This document shows, piece after piece, positions 54,563 to 64,000 of a stretch of 64,000 nucleotides of DNA. Position 1 is the first letter of the stretch. Each line of letters opens with the position of its first letter. Below the pieces are notes generated by a model. It was not told where the DNA came from. It made no database searches and saw only the letters and a program-made list of their open reading frames with translations. Location of the stretch: NCBI RefSeq assembly GCF_001194135.2, contig NC_068998.1:1730585-1794584 (forward strand), in the 5' to 3' direction. This DNA comes from Octopus bimaculoides. Lineage: Eukaryota. The position numbers and the translations under genes were made by a program.

Positions 54563-55500
54563 GACAACTCACAGCTTATTTTGCTGGATATGATGGAAAG
54601 TGTCAGTTGTCCACAGCCAGCAGACCAAGGTGACACTAATCATGCTCGAAGAACCCTGCGAAGAATTCTTGCAGTTCCAAGCAATGCTGCATTTTTCTAG
54701 GCGTTCTACCTTCACACTTGCACCAATCTCTTTCAGCCATGCTAGTAGTTGAGTGCTGATACTTCCAACTGCACCAATTACTATTGATATCACGTCTACT
54801 CTCTTCATTGACCACAACCTTCGTATTTCCCACCTCAAATCGTCATAGTTGTTTGTTTTTTTTTGCTTCCTCTTTCACATTGATCCAGTTGTCACCAGGG
54901 CAAGCTATGTCGATTATTATGCATGTTCTTTCTTTGTTATTCACCACAATAATGTCCGGTTTTCGATGTCTGGTCAGGTGATTTCACTCAATCATTGCAT
55001 CCCACAGGATTTTGCAATTCTTATTTTCGGTGACTCCTTCTGGGGCTTGTTCATACTTCATCTTTGCTCTTTGTAGGCCGTGATTTCCACAGAGCTCCCA
55101 ATGGATCATTCTTACAACATTGTCATGGCATCTTTTGCATTCGCATTCTGCCAATTTCAGACATTCACTAACAATGTTTCACATTTCTCACTATACATTC
55201 TGCATTTTTCGCTGTCGGTAGCGTTGTCTATTCTGCGCTTCATATAGTTGGTCCTTAACGCTTTTTCTTGAGCTGCGCGTATGAGTGCTTCTGTCTCTAT
55301 CTTCAGGTCACTCCTCCTCATCCATAGCCATCGGTCCTCTCTGTATCTGTCTTGGCGTACACATCTCTTGCAAACTCACCGTACTTTTTTCCTTCCATGC
55401 TTTTTCTTTTTATTTTGTGTTCATTTCTTCTTTAGATTTTTCTTTTATTACACAATTTTCAGTTTTGATGACGCCGGTCTTCTTTGTATGTTTCAACGTA
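54562..55500 (-). mobile_element. R4/Dong-like RLE retrotransposon, 5'-truncated, with intact 3' end
   Basis: Translates to RRSDLKIETEALIRAAQEKALRTNY, a CCHC remnant, KILWD, RKPDIIVV..KERTCIIIDIACPGD and WSMKRVDVISIVIGAVG...ALLGTARILRRVLRA*. The 3' UTR is followed by (TAA)n, and the 5' flank is also (TAA)n. Confidence 0.9.
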
Positions 55501-55519
55501 TTATTACTACTACTACTAC

Positions 55520-55628
<109 letters not shown>

Positions 55629-56104
55629 TAGCGAGAGAGCAGCGCATGGCATCAACATGACACTTTGTATGTGTATATGNNNNNNNNNNNNNNNNNNNNN
55701 NNNNNNNNNNNNNNNNNNNNNNNNNNNNNNNNNNNNNNNNNNNNNNNNNNNNNNNNNNNNNNNNNNNNNNNNNNNNNNNNNNNNNNNNNNNNNNNNNNNN
55801 NNNNNNNNNNNNNNNNNNNNNNNNNNNNNNNNNNNNNNNNNNNNNNNNNNNNNNNNNNNNNNNNNNNNNNNNNNNNNNNNNNNNNNNNNNNNNNNNNNNN
55901 NNNNNNNNNNNNNNNNNNNNNNNNNNNNNNNNNNNNNNNNNNNNNNNNNNNNNNNNNNNNNNNNNNNNNNNNNNNNNNNNNNNNNNNNNNNNNNNNNNNN
56001 NNNNNNNNNNNNNNNNNNNNNNNNNNNNNNNNNNNNNTATATATATATATATATATATATCTTGCAAAACTCGACTTCAGTACCTCATATACACATACAA
56101 AGTG

Positions 56105-56144
<40 letters not shown>

Positions 56145-56177
56145 CATACAAACATACATATATACATATATATATAC

Positions 56178-56212
<35 letters not shown>

Positions 56213-56867
56213 CACAAGTATACACACACACGCATACACACACACACATATATACATTAATATTTATTATAAATTTTCCACTTTTCTTATCTGTTTCGTT
56301 TCTGGAATATTTTAGAATCCTTTAATCTAATTTCAATGAATATTAAATGAATGTATTACATATACATACATACATACATACATACATACATACATACGTA
56401 CGTACGTATGTATGTATGTATGTATATGTCTGTATTTATGACAATTTGTATGTATATATATATACTATATACTATGTCACACATTAATGCATCACCATAT
56501 GAACTCTTAACTATGCTATCTTACACACACACACACACACACACAGATACATATCTAATGTGGAGCTAAAATAGACTGGAAACCGTACAAGTGTTCTGAA
56601 ATATCAACAGGAAGGAAATGGTTCTAAAGACGCACAAGGAACGATCTAATAGAATGATAAATCGACCAGGACATGGAATGTGGCAGGCGTCACACGGACA
56701 GGAGAGAGAAGCAAATCTACCTGACATTTTTGTCAAATACCATTAGCAATGGAAGTTCCAGTTTGTTAATAAATCAGTCCTAACTTGGCAGATAACCCGC
56801 ACACGCTGCAAGTTACAGGGAGCTGCATTTTCGTTGTGCGGCGAAAGCATGTCATAACAACAACATC

Positions 56868-56923
<56 letters not shown>

Positions 56924-56924
<1 letters not shown>

Positions 56925-56957
56925 CCTTTCTACTAAAGGCACAAGTCCTGAAATGTT
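56924..56957 (-). mobile_element. SINE family A, 3' tip with its tail
   Basis: CCTTTCTACTAAAGGCACAAGTCCTGAAATGTTGG resembles the reverse complement of 12810-12847 and is preceded by (AAT)n. Confidence 0.6.
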
Positions 56958-56969
56958 GGTTGTGAAGCA

Positions 56970-57062
56970 TGTGCCTGGTGTACCCTTATCAGACGGGTAG
57001 TCATGATGGGTATATTGGACTTCGTATATTTGTACCCCAGTGTCCCTTTGATGGCATACGCC
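56970..57062 (+). repeat. Probable retroelement 3' end followed by (TAA)n
   Basis: GTACCCTTATCAGACGGGTAGTCATGATGGG...CTTTGATGGCA runs directly into (TAA)n. Recalled as a dispersed repeat; no second copy in the window. Confidence 0.35.
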
Positions 57063-57094
<32 letters not shown>

Positions 57095-57281
57095 TTCTTA
57101 TATTAGCCACAGGGAATAATAATAATGATGAACATGATGTTGATGATGATGGTGGTGGTGGTGGTGGTGGTGGGGCAACTGCTGCTGCTGATGCCGCCTC
57201 CGCCGCAGCTGCTGCTGCTGGTTTCAATGATGACGATATCGATGAGGACTAATCTTTTTCAAATTTTCAGGTTATGATTTT

Positions 57282-57393
<112 letters not shown>

Positions 57394-58449
57394 GCTACTA
57401 CAACTACTCATAATGTGTAGAGTAACACCAATTATCTTTGGTTTTGCTCTCGTTAAAAGTTAATTAATTTGATAACGCCCATTAAGTGGAATAATGAAAG
57501 ACCAAAATATNNNNNNNNNNNNNNNNNNNNNNNNNNNNNNNNNNNNNNNNNNNNNNNNNNNNNNNNNNNNNNNNNNNNNNNNNNNNNNNNNNNNNNNNNN
57601 NNNNNNNNNNNNNNNNNNNNNNNNNNNNNNNNNNNNNNNNNNNNNNNNNNNNNNNNNNNNNNNNNNNNNNNNNNNNNNNNNNNNNNNNNNNNNNNNNNNN
57701 NNNNNNNNNNNNNNNNNNNNNNNNNNNNNNNNNNNNNNNNNNNNNNNNNNNNNNNNNNNNNNNNNNNNNNNNNNNNNNNNNNNNNNNNNNNNNNNNNNNN
57801 NNNNNNNNNNNNNNNNNNNNNNNNNNNNNNNNNNNNNNNNNNNNNNNNNNNNNNNNNNNNNNNNNNNNNNNNNNNNNNNNNNNNNNNNNNNNNNNNNNNN
57901 NNNNNNNNNNNNNNNNNNNNNNNNNNNNNNNNNNNNNNNNNNNNNNNNNNNNNNNNNNNNNNNNNNNNNNNNNNNNNNNNNNNNNNNNNNNNNNNNNNNN
58001 NNNNNNNNNNNNNNNNNNNNNNNNNNNNNNNNNNNNNNNNNNNNNNNNNNNNNNNNNNNNNNNNNNNNNNNNNNNNNNNNNNNNNNNNNNNNNNNNNNNN
58101 NNNNNNNNNNNNNNNNNNNNNNNNNNNNNNNNNNNNNNNNNNNNNNNNNNNNNNNNNNNNNNNNNNNNNNNNNNNNNNNNNNNNNNNNNNNNNNNNNNNN
58201 NNNNNNNNNNNNNNNNNNNNNNNNNNNNNNNNNNNNNNNNNNNNNNNNNNNNNNNNNNNNNNNNNNNNNNNNNNNNNNNNNNNNNNNNNNNNNNNNNNNN
58301 NNNNNNNNNNNNNNNNNNNNNNNNNNNNNNNNNNNNNNNNNNNNNNNNNNNNNNNNNNNNNNNNNNNNTATTACACATTACAAGTGACAGTTTACAATTT
58401 GGTGGGGTGGGTGCTCGAAAGATGAGGGGAAAAGAAGGGAGAAGATAGA

Positions 58450-58647
58450 GGCAGAAAACTAGCAATTTTGAGGGGAGGGGGATTAGTTGATGCCATCGAG
58501 TCCAGTAACTTGTACTTATTCTATAGACCCGGAAAGGATGAAAGGCAAAGTCCACCTCGGTAAAGTTTCAATTCAGAACACAAGGCCAAAGGAAATACTA
58601 CTATGTATTTTATCCGACGCGCTAAACAATTCTGCCAGGTCGCCGCC
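58450..58647 (-). mobile_element. SINE family A
   Basis: GACCCGGAAAGGATGAAAGGCAAAGTCCACCTCGG...TTCTGCCAGGTCGCCGCC. Confidence 0.8.
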
Positions 58648-58993
58648 AAACAGCCACGCCACTACCAACATCGCCATAATCGGCATCAGTAGAAAATGAA
58701 GTAACATACTAGGTTATTATGTTCTAACCATAGAATAACATGAATGACGGCTAAATGAGAGGAGTAGAAACTGGCAGGTTCTGTATACAATTTCTCTGCT
58801 TGATATTGTATGGCATATAAGTTCTATCATTGGAGACACACTGGATGTAATGTCTCTACAGCCGTGACAGCATGTCAAAAGGATATTCATACAGGCGTCA
58901 GCTTGCTGGAAAACCCGTATTATATACTATGATTGATAGAGACCCAAGATACTTACTCTACATACGCGCGCGCACACACACAACATATGTATG

Positions 58994-59045
<52 letters not shown>

Positions 59046-59160
59046 NNNNNNNNNNNNNNNNNNNNNNNNNNNNNNNNNNNNNNNNNNNNNNNNNNNNNNN
59101 NNNNNNNNNNNNNNNNNNNNNNNNNNNNNNNNNNNNNNNNNNNNNNNNNNNNNNNNNNNN

Positions 59161-59204
<44 letters not shown>

Positions 59205-59924
59205 TCTGATGAACTCTTATCAAAAAAAAATATTAGAATTCCCTACTCACAATTCATGCAGTCCACCATTTTAAATACATGCGTAAACTATCTTTACAAA
59301 CACACGCACGCACACGCACACATACACACATACACACACACAATACATATACACACGCACAATACATATATACACACACACACAATACATATACACACGC
59401 ATAGGTACTTACTCTAATCGTACGCTCGAATTTTTTCTTCTGCTGTCGTCTGCTTCTTACAATCGTCGTCCAAAGCGATATGTTATATTGTATTTCAATA
59501 AATCTCATTAATTTCCCATACAACATTTTCATATGACACATTATTACTGCTGAATGATTGCATTACACACACACACACACACANNNNNNNNNNNNNNNNN
59601 NNNNNNNNNNNNNNNNNNNNNNNNNNNNNNNNNNNNNNNNNNNNNNNNNNNNNNNNNNNNNNNNNNNNNNNNNNNNNNNNNNNNNNNNNNNNNNNNNNNN
59701 NNNNNNNNNNNNNNNNNNNNNNNNNNNNNNNNNNNNNNNNNNNNNNNNNNNNNNNNNNNNNNNNNNNNNNNNNNNNNNNNNNNNNNNNNNNNNNNNNNNN
59801 NNNNNNNNNNNNNNNNNNNNNNNNNNNNNNNNNNNNNNNNNNNNNNNNNNNNNNNNNNNNNNNNNNNNNNNNNNNNNNNNNNNNNNNNNNNNNNNNNNNN
59901 NNNNNNNNNNNNNNNNNNNNNNNN

Positions 59925-59955
<31 letters not shown>

Positions 59956-61293
59956 TTACATATATTTATGTATGCACATATAATATATATATATATATAT
60001 AACCATACATATATACATATATGAAGAGGGTTATTGTTTGCTGGTAGCATTGCAACACAGAAGTAGAATAGATGGACAGAGAAATATTGAAAGCTTCTAA
60101 CAACGCAGAAATTTTTTTTTTTTAAATCCTTTATATCTCGAACGCAAAGGCTTATCTTCAGTAGAATACAAAGAAATTCGTGTTTACATAGATCCGGCCC
60201 CTTTGGTAAGCCAAACGGGCCGTGACCGTTTTGGGGGAGCTGCTGCTATAAATGCAAGCACCCGACTAAGCGTTCCTTATTTCTTTTCATTTATTATTCT
60301 ATTAATACATATTCAAAATGATCGGAGTGAATAAAATTATATAAATATATAAAGATATTATTAATGAAAAATAATATACATTTCTGGTTGTTTTATGCTT
60401 GCTAGCCACTTGTATTATCATAAAAAACAAAAACATCGCATCCATTTTCAAGTAAGTTTTATCTTTACAATTCTGATGCGTGCTCTGTCACTCTCTATTC
60501 TTTCTATGTATCTTCCTCTCTTGTTCTTCTTCCTTTCTGCTTTTCTCTCCCACACTTTCCCTATTCTTCTCCTCTCCCCTTCACCGTTCCCTCTCTCTCT
60601 CTCACTCTTCCTCCTTGATTCTCTCGTTGCTCATACGTGACCAACGGCTATCCATCTTTCTTTCTTCCACTTCCTTCCGAAAGACAAGACGTGCTTTTGC
60701 CTGTCTCTTGTCAAAGCTCGTTTTTCCGGCGTTCACCACTTCACATCGTCTTGGCTTAACAGCCCTCAGTGTTTGTTTTTACTGTTTTGTTCTTACTGTC
60801 CTGTTTTTGTTACCACCGCAAAAAATTCCATGCCCGCAATATATGTGCGTGGTGGTGGTGGTGGTGGTGGTGGTGGTGCTGCTGCTGCTGCTGGTGCTAG
60901 TAGTTGTATCATCAATACTGCAGCTTGTTACTGTTTTGCAGATGGCTGGACTCAGATATATAATCTGTTGTCAAAATCATCGTCATCTTCATCATCATCG
61001 TCATCATCACGATCATTATTGTCATCAACATCATCACTATCGTCGTCGTTGTCATCGCTGTTGTCGCCAACACCATCGACGGTGTCATCATCATCATTAT
61101 CATCATCAACATCATCATCACCCTATCATCGCTATCATCGTTTTTTTATATATTTCTTTTTGCATCTTCATTGTTGTCTGTTACCTAGCTGCTGCTGTTG
61201 TTGCTGCTGTTGCAGTTGCTACTGCTGCGGCTATTGTTGTTGTTGTTGTTCTTCTTCTTCTTCTGCTTCTTCTTCTTCTTCTTATTCTTCTTC

Positions 61294-61352
<59 letters not shown>

Positions 61353-61726
61353 CATCGTCGTCGTCGTCATCATCGTCATCATCCTTTTCGTTGTTTGCTG
61401 TCATCCATTGATAAAAAGTGACGAAGCACTGCAGGTTGTTTATGCAGCAGTGAAAATCTCCGCCGCCGAAGCCTGCTCTCTCCTCCATTTTGGCAGACAA
61501 TACATCAATTTGTGACCAGAATCGCCAACTGAAGACAGAGGTCAGAAGTTTCTCCTTAAAACACTAATAATGGGTGTTTATTGTTCGACTCCCAGGTCAG
61601 ACAAACAAACAAACACACAAAACATATAACCGTTTGCTTCATACAGGAAACCATTGTTAAATTCTATTCAACGAAATCAAGATAGGAAAATGCCTTTTAC
61701 ACAGATAAACTACGATTAAAGTACCC

Positions 61727-61744
61727 TGCAGCGCCCTCTATACT
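61727..61744 (-). promoter_or_regulatory. Partial CTCF-type motif
   Basis: The minus strand reads AGTATAGAGGGCGCTGCA: the 3' ten core positions match and the 5' four do not. Confidence 0.25.
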
Positions 61745-61960
61745 CACTTGGACTTTTAGTTAGTTTTTGTGGAGGTTTTATATTTTTGTTTGCTTCTGAC
61801 TTTTTTGTTGTTATTTTTTGTTTCGTTGTTTATATTTATATTTATTTATTTACTTGTTTATTTATTTATTTGTTTTTTGTGCCCTTTCGGGGACGATTTC
61901 AACCATTATTGTTTGTGTGACTGGATAATCTTTTATATCTCATAGTTTCAATGACTCTTT

Positions 61961-62007
<47 letters not shown>

Positions 62008-62638
62008 NNNNNNNNNNNNNNNNNNNNNNNNNNNNNNNNNNNNNNNNNNNNNNNNNNNNNNNNNNNNNNNNNNNNNNNNNNNNNNNNNNNNNNNNNNNNN
62101 NNNNNNNNNNNNNNNNNNNNNNNNNNNNNNNNNNNNNNNNNNNNNNNNNNNNNNNNNNNNNNNNNNNNNNNNNNNNNNNNNNNNNNNNNNNNNNNNNNNN
62201 NNNNNNNNNNNNNNNNNNNNNNNNNNNNNNNNNNNNNNNNNNNNNNNNNNNNNNNNNNNNNNNNNNNNNNNNNNNNNNNNNNNNNNNNNNNNNNNNNNNN
62301 NNNNNNNNNNNNNNNNNNNNNNNNNNNNNNNNNNNNNNNNNNNNNNNNNNNNNNNNNNNNNNNNNNNNNNNNNNNNNNNNNNNNNNNNNNNNNNNNNNNN
62401 NNNNNNNNNNNNNNNNNNNNNNNNNNNNNNNNNNNNNNNNNNNNNNNNNNNNNNNNNNNNNNNNNNNNNNNNNNNNNNNNNNNNNNNNNNNNNNNNNNNN
62501 NNNNNNNNNNNNNNNNNNNNNNNNNNNNNNNNNNNNNNNNNNNNNNNNNNNNNNNNNNNNNNNNNNNNNNNNNNNNNNNNNNNNNNNNNNNNNNNNNNNN
62601 NNNNNNNNNNNNNNNNNNNNNNNNNNNNNNNNNNNNNN

Positions 62639-62786
62639 GTAACTTACCGGTTCGGCAAAATGGACCGATAGAATAAGTACTAGGCTTACAAAGAATAAGT
62701 CCTGGGGTCGATTTGCTCGACTAAAAGGCGGTGCTTCAGCATGGCCGCAGTCAAATGACTGAAACAAGTAGAAGAGTAAAAGAGTA
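62639..62786 (+). mobile_element. SINE family B, 3' half (5' part lost in the gap)
   Basis: GTAACTTACCGGTTCGGC...CCTGGGGTCGATTTGCTCGACT...CATGGCCGCAGTCAAATGACTGAAACAAGTA and an (AAGAGTA)-like tail. Confidence 0.9.
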
Positions 62787-62884
62787 TGACTGCGCAATAG
62801 TCTGTGTGTGAGTGTGTGTTTGAGAGAATGTGTGTGTGTGTGTGTGTGCGTGTGTGTGTGCGTATATATATATATATATATATA

Positions 62885-62922
<38 letters not shown>

Positions 62923-64000
62923 TGTGTGTGTGTGTGTGTGCAGACGTATATGTCATATGTATGTCTTTACGATTTTGTAGCTACAAATGAAGCAGATGAA
63001 ACAAAGATGAAAGGAAGTGTCTCGTCACAAAAGCAGGTTCACCTAGACACATATAGACACATATGTCTAGATATAAATATGTGTATGTCAGGGTGTACAT
63101 ACATACACCTATGCATGTACGCACGTATGCACACTGGTATACATTTTCATTCAACTAAATGTATACGTTCGTCTCTCTGTGTGTATACGTGTGTGTGCAT
63201 ACATACATACTTACATACATACACACACACATACATACAGGGAGAGGGAGAAAGGGAGGAAGGAGAGAGAGAGATTAGCTGCCATTGTGTCTATACATTG
63301 TCTCCGTTACTGCGGCTGTGTATATCACAAAATATATCTAGATATTTCTGGATGCTGCATGCATAAGTATATTTTAAAATACAGCCACACACACACATTT
63401 TCAGACACGTATCGTTGTTATTTTATCACTGGTTGTTATTATATTTCAGCCATTAATTTTGGCACGAATATAAAACACTGCGGATTGAACAATCGTTCTT
63501 ATTGTAATGGCGGCAGCGTTGGCCGACCAGCGTTTTCTATGTTTAAGAGACGAAGGAGGATGAAGCTGGCCGCCATGTTGATCCTTTCACTTGAAGTGCC
63601 TTAAGTGGTTTTGATTAAATATTTTGAAGCAACAAAACCTATTCATTAAAGCCATTCCTTTGAAGATGATAGAATTAATTCCTGTTGCCAAAGAACCAAA
63701 GGATCCTTAGAACGGTTACAAATTGCAAACCCATCGGGACATGCGAAGATCTGATCGTCTTTAATCAATATGTGGATTTTATAATAAAGTGTTACATGAC
63801 ATTTGCATAATATTGGTTATGTAACAAAAAAAATCCTGGAAGCAGAAACTTTAAAGAAAGAACAAGTTGAAATTGAAAGAACAACGATGTTTATTATTCC
63901 AAACATTGCAGAATGGAAGACGAGATAAAAGGAGGAAGAGAGGGAGGGGCGATTGAACACTTAATGTAATGTTATATGTAATAATATATGTAATAAATAA

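Overview
Repeat-rich, AT-rich animal genomic DNA from a draft assembly: 19 N-gaps totalling about 7.6 kb, with very dense di-, tri- and tetranucleotide microsatellites. The SINE families and microsatellite load match my recollection of Octopus genomes (probably O. bimaculoides); this is an inference, not a database result. I recognise no host protein-coding gene or intact long ORF, and nearly all ORF-track entries are translated microsatellites or gaps. The window looks like a large intron or a regulatory gene desert. Supportable content: many copies of two SINE families, two smaller unclassified repeat families, and decayed non-LTR retrotransposons (two R4/Dong-like RLE fragments next to (TAA)n, one Hero-like, two RTE-like 3' ends). 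It also holds an internally deleted mariner with degenerate TIRs and a short Helentron-type (HINE/DINE-1-like) element. Two ~170-bp Penelope-terminus-like elements each carry a short-stem-III (dimer-type) hammerhead-ribozyme-like fold. Unique islands between repeats carry CTCF, YY1/Pho, RFX, ETS and Sox/Oct-type motifs. The hammerhead-bearing mini-elements are the most interesting signal.
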